In this document: piece by piece, positions 40,195 to 49,366 of the stretch
Position numbering within the stretch: the first letter of the stretch is position 1
Layout of the letters: every line of letters starts with the position of its first letter
Origin: a virus
Length of the DNA stretch: 64,000 bases
Reading direction: 5' to 3' (one strand)
IMG/VR virus record: IMGVR_UViG_3300008108_000033
Location: 1-64,000 of that record
Program-made: the position numbers and the translations under genes
The notes under the pieces: generated by a model
Database searches by the model: none
Told to the model about the DNA's origin: nothing
Seen by the model: only the letters and a program-made list of their open reading frames with translations

Positions 40195-43100
40195 TTGCCA
40201 GACACTATCTTGCCAATATCGGTATATCCAAATAACTATGATACCGACCGAAATCTCTTTCAGGTTTACAATACCTCCGAAACCGTTTTATCTGCTACTT
40301 TAAATTCTTGGGATATAGTAATTCAAATTGTTCCTGAAACTGCCGATTCTCCCGAACTGTGGGCTACTTCTGGCTATGTGACCATAGAAGGCGAGCTCAT
40401 ATACTATGCTTCCGTTCATGTAAATGATGATGGCAAAATTGACACGCTACAAAACTGCATAAGAAGAGTAAATGGTACTCCGCCGAGAAACTTTAATGTC
40501 GGCACCAGTGTGCGAGGATTTGTAATAGCTGAGCATCACAACAACTTGGCTCGCGGATTGGTAAACATAGAAAATTTTGTAGGAACTTTAACCACAACAA
40601 ATCAAGAAACAATCTATTGGAAATTGTTGCAAATTGCTAATTTGGCTCCCTTGACTGATGATGCCGGATGCCCACAAATAGAATTTTATTATAGGATAAT
40701 TAGCACAAGTCCGATAGAAGGCACGGAAATTTCTTATAGCTTGAATATAACCGGAACTATCAATAGCTTTACTATCGATTTTGGAGATGGAACTACTGAA
40801 AGTACACAACAAAATGGTACTCACTTTTATCCGCCAAATAAAAGAATAGACCCAGTAGTGACAGTTGATACGGATGCATGTGAAAGCTTGCAAACTAGCG
40901 CGGAAAGATTAAGAGTTGATGACGTTTCGCAGCAAACTATTGTCGGGCAGCAAACTTTCCCAATTATAGTCCCTCCAATTCCTGATTTCCCTAATTTAGA
41001 TCTTGCTGTAGTAAATGAAGTGCCTAATAATTTCCAGTTCCCGCCGATAGTTTTCCCTTGCTTGGATATAGGACCATTTGGACCAATAGTTGTTCCAAGC
41101 ACTATTAGCATCATCAACCCATACCCGATTCCAAGCGTTATCACTTTTGAAGACGTACCGAATTTCCCAAGCAATATAGTAATTACCAGCTCTGTAAATC
41201 TTCCAAGTGTAATTAGCATCGTCAACACTTTGCCGAGCAACATCAGAGTTTCTGTAATTTCAAATATACCCAGCACTATAAGCGTAATACAGAATATTCC
41301 ATCCATAATAAACGTTAATGTTCCTAGTAACATGTCTATAAGCATAGTAAACAATCTTCCTTCGGTAATTAGCGTTAATAGTAACATACCTAGCATTATA
41401 CAAGTTGAAGATTTATCTGCGTCACTAGATGTGTTTTTAAATAGTGACTACTGCACTAATTGCACCGGAAGCTTTGGTGCTTCTGCAAACGGCGCAACAA
41501 TACAAGTGCCTACGGATAGCGGATGCGACCCATGCGCTGGTGCTAATCCAAAAATTACAAAGGTTACGGCTGTTTTACATGATTTTATAGTAACGACACT
41601 TGATCCGGCTAATCCTGTTTCAACAAGATATGATTTGGTAAAGGTTTTGCTAGTTGCACCTGATGGCACCAATTGTCTTTTGATGGGTGGCGCTCAAGCT
41701 GGAGCCACCAATATACCTCAATTCACTATGAATGAGCCAGTGACTTTAACATTTGCTGACGGTTCTCAAAACGATATTTATGATTTCTCTGTTCCTCTTG
41801 ATACTAAAACTTATGCTCCAAATGCCAATGGCAACAATGCTAGCAGGACCGCCGGACAAGTTGCTTTGAATTTGCCCGCGCCACCACCAACTGGAGCAAC
41901 TGGATACGGCACCAACCTATCTGTTTTTACTGATTCTCCACTTACTAAGGGAAATTGGTATGCATATGTTTCAGTTGGACCAAGCGGAGGAGCATACCCA
42001 AATATATGCAATGTAGGAAAAGCATGTGTCAGGGTAAGTTCGGCCCAAGAATCTCCTTGTGATTTTGCATCGCCAACGCCAACAGCTTCAGGTAAACCGC
42101 CGGCAACACCGGTTGCCACACCAAGAAAAACTCCTTTGCCAACTCCTTTGCCCACAACGGCAAAACCAACTCCCGCTCCTACAACACCACCTCCCACGCC
42201 ATCTCCATCACCGCCAAATCCTTCGGGAATACCTATTATTTTGCCTAGCGCAGGTCCAGATGGCCCTCCCTTCGACCCAGATCCGCCAAATCCGATAACT
42301 CTAACTCCAAGACCGTCATACACACCATATCCGACCCCAACGCCTTCCGCGACATTTACTTGCGGAACCTGTACTTATGTTCCTCAACTTGAGGATTGTG
42401 GTTCTGGTGTGTGTACTTATTATTGGGACGGCACCAGTTGGGGCCGTTGCGCAGAATGCACTTCATGTAATGATGCTGGAGAAAATTGCGGATGCCCAGA
42501 AGCCAGAATTATGCGGGCTTTTAATATACTTCCGCCAAATGGAGAAAATAATCCAGATGTAAACACGCATTGCTACAAAGTAACTTGGACTGATCAAGCC
42601 CTTATAGATTGCAACGGTGGGTTTTGCACATATAGCTTCAATATTAGTACAGGATTATGGGAATATTGCAGCTCGTGTTCTTTCTGCAGCGGACTTGGAG
42701 ATAATTATTGCAAGTGTCAAGACCCAAATACCGTTTTGGTGCCTGCAGGAATCTTACCCGCAAACCCCGGAACTAATGCTACAGAGCACAGAAATTGTTA
42801 TAAACTCAATAATTCTCAAAACAATTGTGTTCCGGGACAATGCGAGTGCCCCCCTGCTCCGACATCTCAGTTCATAACAGGATCTATTCAACAAATTAGA
42901 TTGAATTGCAAAAAAACTTGCGGCGGCTGTTACAGCATGTATTCAATTGACAAGGGGTCTCCTTGTGATCCAGATCCTGCAGACTGGAGTTGCGGATATG
43001 AATTCACTGACGATAACTGGGATTTAACAAATGATTTTTGCCCATGTACAGGAATGGAATGTTTAGAAGGAGAAATAGCAGTTGAATATGGTTTGTTGCC

Positions 43101-45255
43101 TCGTGTGGCAGAACAGGGAGAAATTAAAAGGCTTTCTTGTTACAGAGCGGAATGGGAAAGTTGGGATGATTGTAATCCAGATAATCCTGATTGTAAATGT
43201 CCTCCTACCCCCACACCTGTACTTTCTGGCGCAAATGCCGGACAAATGTATGTCGAAAGCGGATGCCAACTCCCAACACCGACTCCATCACCAACACAAG
43301 GTTGCGGAGCATGCAATTTTAAATTTGATGCATTAGAATGTTCTTTTGGACAATGCGTATACACTTATTACGCCGGAATACAAACATGGCAGTTGACAGA
43401 AAACACATGCGATGAAAATGAAGGCTTTTGCAACTGTTCTTCAGTAGATGAAGCAAAATTAGCCGGATGGTTCCCGGAGTTTCCAACAGATAGAGCAACA
43501 GTAACAAAATCTTGCTACGAAAAAACCGGCAGCGGGACGGGCGCGGCACTAATGGGAAGCTGGATTTCCACAGGCAATAATTGCACAGCAAATGTTTGCA
43601 AATGCCCCGGCACTACACCTACACATGATGGCTATTATGCAGACCAAAAATGGAGCATAGATTGCGTTCCATTGCCAACTCCAACTCCAACTTCTGGGCC
43701 TAGTTGCGGCGGAAACTGCTCTGCAAGTTGGATTAGCAGTTGCTCTGGACAATGCTACTACAAGCAAGTTGACGGGGTATGGTCTTTTGATTCCTCAACA
43801 GCTTCTTCTCCTTGCGTATGTCCGACTGTAGAACAAGTCGCAAGCTCGCTTGCGTACTTTGGGTCGCTCGGCGGGGCACAATTGCCGCCAATTTTTCCTC
43901 TAAATCCAAATTATGGATTTTGGGCATTTGCAGACGGTTGTTTTGAAAAACTAAGATGTCGTTGCTCTACACCTCCTCCTTATCCTCAAAGCGCGTTTAG
44001 GACTATAGTGCCGTGCGAACCAAAGCCATCTGCAACTCCTACTCCAACACCATGTGGAGCAACTCCATCGCCAACCCCTTCTCCTTCTCCTTCTGGAGAT
44101 GGCAGTTGCGTCGGGTCAACTAGTCCTTTAAGAAACGGACCAGATAACGTAAAAGTTTTCGCTCTGCCATATTCGAGGTTTACATATAAATATTCTGGGA
44201 CCTATTCCTCTTGGTCAGACAATTATAATCCGGTCTGCATAGAGGCCATCACAGAAGATGCACCATCTTTTCTTGGAGATCAGTGCGGAACACCATATGC
44301 GGAAAATTTCAGAACAAACTACGTAGGCAGAAACAATACGGCCGTATTTAAAATTTACCCCCCGGTATCAAGAATTGAGCTATTAATCAACGGCCCAAAC
44401 ATACCGCAAGCTATTCCGGGCGAAGCTTATGTAGAGTTTAAGTCATTTCTTGGAGATTTATCAAACCCAGTGAGCACCGTAATGACTATGATGCCTCCCA
44501 ATTGCGGAATTTCTTGGGACATTAATAGAAGAAATCAAGTAAACATTCTTAATCAAGCTGGACCAGTTGGATTCAATTTCATTATAAGATCGGAATCCGG
44601 TAAATTCGATATATTTACAATTGCTCTCATTGGAGATACACCAATAGGCATTAGGTCTGTTATAACAGAGGATATAATACTTGAAAATCCTAAACCTGCG
44701 GCTGCTTTTAGTGTTAGCAATTACGTTCTTGCTGACGAACCAGTTGCTTCTCATGCCCCAATATTGGTTGCCGAGGGAACACAAGTAAGTTTAGTTCCAG
44801 TTAGCAAGGAAAGGGCAAAGCTTTGCAAGTACGCCGGAAAGACGCCTCTGCAAATGGTTAAACAAAATTGTGGTGCGTGCGCAGTCAGAAGTTGCGAAAA
44901 ATTTGGACTTTGCTCTCATAGCGGTGTAGTAGACGGAAGAGATGATATTTATTGCTGCCAGCTTTGCGATGAATATACAACTGAATCAGCCAAGTTGGAA
45001 TCCAAGCAAGTAATTGTCGCGCCAAAATCTGAAAGTGTCACGTCAGAAACCAAGATGTCATCTCAATCTGTCAATTCCGTGGTGCAGGCCCCTTCGCAAG
45101 CGCAGCAGATTCCAAACATTCCAGATTCATTTTCCGCTGCAGACAAACATATGGCAAAGTCAAATATGGTAAAAATTTCGCCAGCCAACTTATCTATTAG
45201 AGTAAACATAAATGAGTTGGTAGAAGGAAAAGATGATCAAGGCGCAAAAGGATAA
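40195..45255 (+). CDS. Giant fibre/adhesin-like protein (PKD, PSxIxV repeats, P-domain, Pro/Thr linkers, Cys-rich modules)
   Basis: 1686 aa; TTG start after GGAG; motifs read from the translation. Confidence 0.8.
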   Translation: MPDTILPISVYPNNYDTDRNLFQVYNTSETVLSATLNSWDIVIQIVPETADSPELWATSGYVTIEGELIYYASVHVNDDGKIDTLQNCIRRVNGTPPRNFNVGTSVRGFVIAEHHNNLARGLVNIENFVGTLTTTNQETIYWKLLQIANLAPLTDDAGCPQIEFYYRIISTSPIEGTEISYSLNITGTINSFTIDFGDGTTESTQQNGTHFYPPNKRIDPVVTVDTDACESLQTSAERLRVDDVSQQTIVGQQTFPIIVPPIPDFPNLDLAVVNEVPNNFQFPPIVFPCLDIGPFGPIVVPSTISIINPYPIPSVITFEDVPNFPSNIVITSSVNLPSVISIVNTLPSNIRVSVISNIPSTISVIQNIPSIINVNVPSNMSISIVNNLPSVISVNSNIPSIIQVEDLSASLDVFLNSDYCTNCTGSFGASANGATIQVPTDSGCDPCAGANPKITKVTAVLHDFIVTTLDPANPVSTRYDLVKVLLVAPDGTNCLLMGGAQAGATNIPQFTMNEPVTLTFADGSQNDIYDFSVPLDTKTYAPNANGNNASRTAGQVALNLPAPPPTGATGYGTNLSVFTDSPLTKGNWYAYVSVGPSGGAYPNICNVGKACVRVSSAQESPCDFASPTPTASGKPPATPVATPRKTPLPTPLPTTAKPTPAPTTPPPTPSPSPPNPSGIPIILPSAGPDGPPFDPDPPNPITLTPRPSYTPYPTPTPSATFTCGTCTYVPQLEDCGSGVCTYYWDGTSWGRCAECTSCNDAGENCGCPEARIMRAFNILPPNGENNPDVNTHCYKVTWTDQALIDCNGGFCTYSFNISTGLWEYCSSCSFCSGLGDNYCKCQDPNTVLVPAGILPANPGTNATEHRNCYKLNNSQNNCVPGQCECPPAPTSQFITGSIQQIRLNCKKTCGGCYSMYSIDKGSPCDPDPADWSCGYEFTDDNWDLTNDFCPCTGMECLEGEIAVEYGLLPRVAEQGEIKRLSCYRAEWESWDDCNPDNPDCKCPPTPTPVLSGANAGQMYVESGCQLPTPTPSPTQGCGACNFKFDALECSFGQCVYTYYAGIQTWQLTENTCDENEGFCNCSSVDEAKLAGWFPEFPTDRATVTKSCYEKTGSGTGAALMGSWISTGNNCTANVCKCPGTTPTHDGYYADQKWSIDCVPLPTPTPTSGPSCGGNCSASWISSCSGQCYYKQVDGVWSFDSSTASSPCVCPTVEQVASSLAYFGSLGGAQLPPIFPLNPNYGFWAFADGCFEKLRCRCSTPPPYPQSAFRTIVPCEPKPSATPTPTPCGATPSPTPSPSPSGDGSCVGSTSPLRNGPDNVKVFALPYSRFTYKYSGTYSSWSDNYNPVCIEAITEDAPSFLGDQCGTPYAENFRTNYVGRNNTAVFKIYPPVSRIELLINGPNIPQAIPGEAYVEFKSFLGDLSNPVSTVMTMMPPNCGISWDINRRNQVNILNQAGPVGFNFIIRSESGKFDIFTIALIGDTPIGIRSVITEDIILENPKPAAAFSVSNYVLADEPVASHAPILVAEGTQVSLVPVSKERAKLCKYAGKTPLQMVKQNCGACAVRSCEKFGLCSHSGVVDGRDDIYCCQLCDEYTTESAKLESKQVIVAPKSESVTSETKMSSQSVNSVVQAPSQAQQIPNIPDSFSAADKHMAKSNMVKISPANLSIRVNINELVEGKDDQGAKG
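41086..41412 (+). repeat. About 10 tandem 9-13 aa PSxI(S/T/N)(V/I) repeats
   Basis: VPSTISII, IPSVITFE, FPSNIVIT, LPSVISIV, LPSNIRVS, IPSTISVI, IPSIINVN, LPSVISVN, IPSIIQVE. Confidence 0.85.
42361..44016 (+). repeat. Cys-rich nested modules separated by PT linkers
   Basis: Repeated C..C-x-(Y/F)...W...C...CxC pattern. Confidence 0.75.
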
Positions 45256-46135
45256 ACTTACTTTCAGAAATGTTAAAGCAGTCACTTCGGAAGGAGAGAC
45301 GGTTACTTTAACATTTAGAAAGCATCCGAATCAGAACGAATATTTAAAGTGTGAAAACTATTGGATAAGAAATTTTGCTGGCACCAATGTAAACCCAGTT
45401 GATGTAAACAAATTTTTTAGACAGGAAGAGGTTTCGTATCTTGTCGATAACGAGGTAAGAAATAGCAACCACAGATATCCAGTCTTGGAGCCAGAACTAT
45501 TTAATCGTTTCAAGGATGTATTAATTGTCGGAGACGGATTAGGTTTTGACCAACACAAGCTGTTTAAGATGGCTAGGCCGAATCTATGTTGCATAACAGT
45601 AAATTCAGCGGCACGGTTTTGGCAGGCGTCTTTGCCTATAGAATTTTTAATAGTAAATAATCCATCTTCTACGGCTATGAATGGATTGCCCATAAGAAAT
45701 CATCCCAAACTCATAGCAAACAGAAAAACTCATTATCCTTTCATAAAAAATTATAAAAACATAATATATCTTTATGATTCTGTAGCCGATGAAGAGTATC
45801 AAACATCTATGTCTAAGAATTCAGATCTGCATATTGACGATTATAGAAATCCAATCTGTGCAGCAATATCTTTGGCACACAAGTATTGCAAGGGCAATTT
45901 GTATCTAGCATTTTGTTCATCCGGGTATCCGGAAGAAAAAGACGGAGCTATTAAGGTAGATGAGAATTTTTATCAGTATCCGGCACAAAAAACAGCAGAC
46001 TCAATAGTTGATGGCAATTTATTTTGGTACAATTTTGCAAACAGAGATTCTAAAATATTTCATACAGGAATAAAAAATACTCTGAAATTTTCTAAATATC
46101 TTGATGTTAATGATTTTATTGAAAGTATTTTATGA
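45233..46135 (+). CDS. Maf/DUF115-like putative glycosyltransferase-related protein
   Basis: DVLIVGDGLG...CITVNSAA...FLIVNNP; AISLA...NLYL. Confidence 0.55.
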   Translation: MIKAQKDKLTFRNVKAVTSEGETVTLTFRKHPNQNEYLKCENYWIRNFAGTNVNPVDVNKFFRQEEVSYLVDNEVRNSNHRYPVLEPELFNRFKDVLIVGDGLGFDQHKLFKMARPNLCCITVNSAARFWQASLPIEFLIVNNPSSTAMNGLPIRNHPKLIANRKTHYPFIKNYKNIIYLYDSVADEEYQTSMSKNSDLHIDDYRNPICAAISLAHKYCKGNLYLAFCSSGYPEEKDGAIKVDENFYQYPAQKTADSIVDGNLFWYNFANRDSKIFHTGIKNTLKFSKYLDVNDFIESIL

Positions 46136-46431
46136 ACCGTAAAAAGTTTTTTTCTCCTAACTTTATGTCGGAGTTTAAGAAATGGATGCACGAAAATGAT
46201 GACTCAAAAGTCGTATTTTCCAAGGGTCAGCGCGTGCAAAGCAATTGCAAATTAAAACAGATTGTTGAAAAAATAGACTGTGTGGACACTGGCGACCACA
46301 CAGTCTTTGAAGTAAGTAAATACTTTTTGAAATACGGCGGTGTTGTAAAAGAATGCAACGGCGATCAAATAACGATTAAAAACAAAAAGGGAACTTTTGT
46401 TTTAAATCAATCTGATATTGTTGCAAGCTAA
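46132..46431 (+). CDS. Hypothetical protein (SEFKKWMHE motif)
   Basis: ATGA coupling. Confidence 0.7.
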   Translation: MNRKKFFSPNFMSEFKKWMHENDDSKVVFSKGQRVQSNCKLKQIVEKIDCVDTGDHTVFEVSKYFLKYGGVVKECNGDQITIKNKKGTFVLNQSDIVAS

Positions 46432-46982
46432 GGCTTTTTCAGGTTCTGCACATCTTTCTTGCTAGGCATTTTTATCGATCCCGTTTCTGGACAAGTAAAA
46501 TCGTCTATAGCAGCGTGATAGCCATTTTCATACTCCTTCTCCAATGTTTCCAAGGCATTCTGTTCACCAGAAATTATGCCTTTGTGATAGGCAGCTTGAC
46601 AAAGCAAGCTCAAAAACTGCGGATTGTTCTCGACATCTTTAACAGAACTTTGTTCTGCTAGTTGAATTATTTTATTGACTGCTTCTTCATCCAATTCAGT
46701 ATTATTTTTGGACATCATTAGAAGTGCTTCAATTTTTCCATCAACTTTTCCTTGGTTGCGGAAAAATTCAATATCTTCTAGTCCAAATATTTCCCATTCC
46801 TTGCGGGGCGAATATTTGGGGCTTTTAGAAGTTTTGATAACTTCTCTAAACTCGCCATTTTCTACGGATTGCGCGGCATATTTTTCAGTTAGCTTTTGGT
46901 TTTGAAACCAAAGAAGCAAACAGAATGCTAAGCTTGCAATCCATCCCGCCAGAAGGGAAATCACAATTGTTATGTTTTTCAT
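46428..46982 (-). CDS. N-anchored membrane protein with YxxG repeats (paralog B)
   Basis: TM helix; QGKVDG, AYHKG, YENGY. Confidence 0.75.
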   Translation of the reverse strand: MKNITIVISLLAGWIASLAFCLLLWFQNQKLTEKYAAQSVENGEFREVIKTSKSPKYSPRKEWEIFGLEDIEFFRNQGKVDGKIEALLMMSKNNTELDEEAVNKIIQLAEQSSVKDVENNPQFLSLLCQAAYHKGIISGEQNALETLEKEYENGYHAAIDDFTCPETGSIKMPSKKDVQNLKKP

Positions 46983-46991
46983 GTTATTTCC

Positions 46992-47513
46992 TTACTTGGA
47001 CATGTCTTGGGGCTTCACATCTTTTTTGTCATTGTTGATGTCAATCTTCTTAGCTTGTTCATCAACAAAGTTTTTGATTGCGGATTGAATGTTGTCTCCG
47101 CTCTTTAGAATTGTTTGAATTGCTTTCATGTTTTCGTTGGTGCCTCTTTGAAATCCCTGAGCATATCCTTGTTCATATTTCATTTCGCCAACGAAATCGG
47201 TTTGTTCAAGTCCGCGTTGATAGCCACTGTGCCAAATAGCACTGATTTCGTTTTCTTGCGGACGGGTGTTATGTATAACGGAAGCTATGCCGTCCACGCG
47301 GCCTTGCATTTTCGCAAATTCAAGTGCAGAAGTATCGTCGGCAAATCCATTTCTGCGACTCAGAATAAATTCTGCAATTTGGTCTTCGTTGATTTGGCTT
47401 CTTTTGGTTTCAACATCGAGTAAAAACTGCGTACGGGTGTTCTGATAATATTGCAGTCCGTTTCCTGCCAAGGAAGCCAACAGGATGCCGCCAATGATCG
47501 CAGCGCTCTTCAT
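46992..47513 (-). CDS. N-anchored membrane protein with YxxG repeats (paralog A)
   Basis: Start MKSAAII after GAGG; QGRVDG, GYQRG, YEQGYAQGFQRG. Confidence 0.75.
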   Translation of the reverse strand: MKSAAIIGGILLASLAGNGLQYYQNTRTQFLLDVETKRSQINEDQIAEFILSRRNGFADDTSALEFAKMQGRVDGIASVIHNTRPQENEISAIWHSGYQRGLEQTDFVGEMKYEQGYAQGFQRGTNENMKAIQTILKSGDNIQSAIKNFVDEQAKKIDINNDKKDVKPQDMSK

Positions 47514-47589
47514 TGTCAAGGTCCTCGTGAGATTCGTAAGAGGGTTTGAACACAATAATCTTTACCAGAACAAAAATAAAAAACAAGTC

Positions 47590-47946
47590 TTATTTTGATT
47601 TTTTCCTAAGCATGGTTTTAGCTGGCTTGTACTCTATTTTCTGGAATTCATTTTGCATACCTGAAATTATTGGCGTAAGGGTGCTCGGTATTCCTTTGTA
47701 GCCTTTTCTTGTTAATCGAAGCACAAAGTCCTGATGATCTTTGAAATTTTCAACGTAAAGCTGCCAATCCATAATCTTTTTGCTTTGCAAAATTTGAACT
47801 TTTTGCAGCACATGCAGAGGCATGCTTCCGTGAATTTGATTTATGTCATCAACCATAATAGCTTCAGAAATTTTTGTTAGCGATGGTGCTACCGCGCACA
47901 CCTCAACAGACTTTTTGTCTCTTCTTGCAAAATAAAGTACCTGCAT
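47590..47946 (-). CDS. Hypothetical protein
   Basis: 118-aa ORF. Confidence 0.75.
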   Translation of the reverse strand: MQVLYFARRDKKSVEVCAVAPSLTKISEAIMVDDINQIHGSMPLHVLQKVQILQSKKIMDWQLYVENFKDHQDFVLRLTRKGYKGIPSTLTPIISGMQNEFQKIEYKPAKTMLRKKSK

Positions 47947-48080
47947 TATTTACCACACAGCATTTTGAATAATTGTTCGAGAACTATGATAGACGTAGGG
48001 TCGTTTAAATCGAATTGTTTGAAAAACTCCTGCAATCCTTCTTCGACCTTGTCCATATTAACATTGGTTGGCTCAGACAT
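47946..48080 (-). CDS. 44-aa hypothetical peptide (not in ORF track)
   Basis: MSEPTNVNMDKVEEGLQEFFKQFDLNDPTSIIVLEQLFKMLCGK; its TAA overlaps the next ATG; TATAAATA at 48126-48133. Confidence 0.6.
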   Translation of the reverse strand: MSEPTNVNMDKVEEGLQEFFKQFDLNDPTSIIVLEQLFKMLCGK

Positions 48081-48150
48081 GTATTTAATTTCCGATCTTT
48101 TGAAAATAAGGAAGTATCTCCCAATTATTTATACTGGGCACAGGGAAATA

Positions 48151-48660
48151 GTGGTTGCTAAATTAATTGTTTTAGTTGCAGGATTACGCAAAAAGCATGA
48201 TATTAATTATTTTTTGGTTGTTAAAAATGAATTTCGCAGAAGTTTTCCATACAACTTTGTAGTAAGCAAAGAAGATTTTGATGTCGCAAGTAGGAGCCTA
48301 CCAAAGGTTTGTGTTTGCAAAGAGTTAGAAGGAGGAGATACGGTTTTTCAATTTGCAAAAGAAAATAAAATTGATTTATTTGTTAAAAATTCTGATTCCG
48401 AACAAAAAGGGGGCGTTTATTTTTATGGCACTCCACAAGACTATAAAGAAGCAACCAAAAAATTTAGTTCTAATTTACTTAGAAATGCTGTAATCACAGA
48501 TTCTCTTGTTGATTGTGCTGATAAAGCTAAAGTTGTAATTGGAAAAGAAAGCGCGGGATTAGTGGCTTGTGGTTATTTGGGCAAAATAATAAGAATAATA
48601 CCAGAAGGAACTATTAATTCCTTCCAAATGATGTTCCCAGACTCAAAATTACTCGAATAG
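48151..48660 (+). CDS. Hypothetical protein, weak GT-B C-terminal similarity
   Basis: GTG 48151 after AGGGA; AKVVIGKESAGLVACGYLGK. Confidence 0.55.
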   Translation: MVAKLIVLVAGLRKKHDINYFLVVKNEFRRSFPYNFVVSKEDFDVASRSLPKVCVCKELEGGDTVFQFAKENKIDLFVKNSDSEQKGGVYFYGTPQDYKEATKKFSSNLLRNAVITDSLVDCADKAKVVIGKESAGLVACGYLGKIIRIIPEGTINSFQMMFPDSKLLE

Positions 48661-48687
48661 CATAATATATAAAATACGCTGGTGTTG

Positions 48688-48695
48688 CATAAATA
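48688..48695 (+). promoter_or_regulatory. Late-promoter-like CATAAATA
   Basis: Precedes SD AAAGGAG and ATG 48716. Confidence 0.5.
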
Positions 48696-48715
48696 TTCTA
48701 GACAAAGGAGATGCC

Positions 48716-49309
48716 ATGAGTGTTTTTCAGGTTAATTTAAACAATCAATATCAGGGCTACTTAGACATAGATCCCCAGACTGGGATTGAATTTGAAGTAG
48801 ACTATAACAACCCCTCTATTCAGAGGAAGATGTATGTAGCTGGACCGAATGGCGAAAATCTTGAATTTAGCGATGGTCAGATATTTACCGATTGCAATTA
48901 TTGGAAGAGATTTGCTTATCCGCAGGTACCTTTAACGCAGGCTTTCATTACAGTTCTTTCAGATGATGGATCTATTTGGAGCAACAACCCAGCGGAAAAC
49001 AACTATCCTGTCGTTTATGCCGACACTTTGGCTGCTGCAGGTTCCTACTCTATCGATTTCACTAACAATGGTGGATTTGCCAGCTTCTGTCAGATTTCCA
49101 ATACTGGTGGTGGTGATTTGACAGTGGAATTGAACGGATTGGCAAGTGCTAGCATAGCGCTATCTGCAGGACAAACACAGATTTTCAACTATGGCGACTT
49201 GTCTCTAACAGCACTTAACTTGACAAGCGTTGCAGGAACAACTTTCCAAGTAATCGCTGGTGTTCAGGTAACTTGCAGCCCGATCGTTACGTCCTTCGTA
49301 AATAACTAA
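48716..49309 (+). CDS. Putative virion structural protein (beta-rich)
   Basis: Late box, strong SD, Thr/Ser/Gly-rich C-terminal half. Confidence 0.75.
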   Translation: MSVFQVNLNNQYQGYLDIDPQTGIEFEVDYNNPSIQRKMYVAGPNGENLEFSDGQIFTDCNYWKRFAYPQVPLTQAFITVLSDDGSIWSNNPAENNYPVVYADTLAAAGSYSIDFTNNGGFASFCQISNTGGGDLTVELNGLASASIALSAGQTQIFNYGDLSLTALNLTSVAGTTFQVIAGVQVTCSPIVTSFVNN

Positions 49310-49329
49310 TACAAAAATAAAACACTATA

Positions 49330-49366
49330 ATAGGGGCAGAGGAATATCTCTGCCCCTATGTTTTTT
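49330..49366 (+). terminator. Intrinsic terminator overlapping the GT9 start codon, with TATAAT at its 5' edge
   Basis: 12-bp perfect stem ataggggcagag/ctctgcccctat then GTTTTTT; TATAAT 49326-49331. Confidence 0.7.

Noticed and set aside
47965-48150. N-terminal extension of the 231-aa + ORF
   Set aside because: Overlaps a coupled minus-strand peptide and its late box; GTG 48151 has the SD
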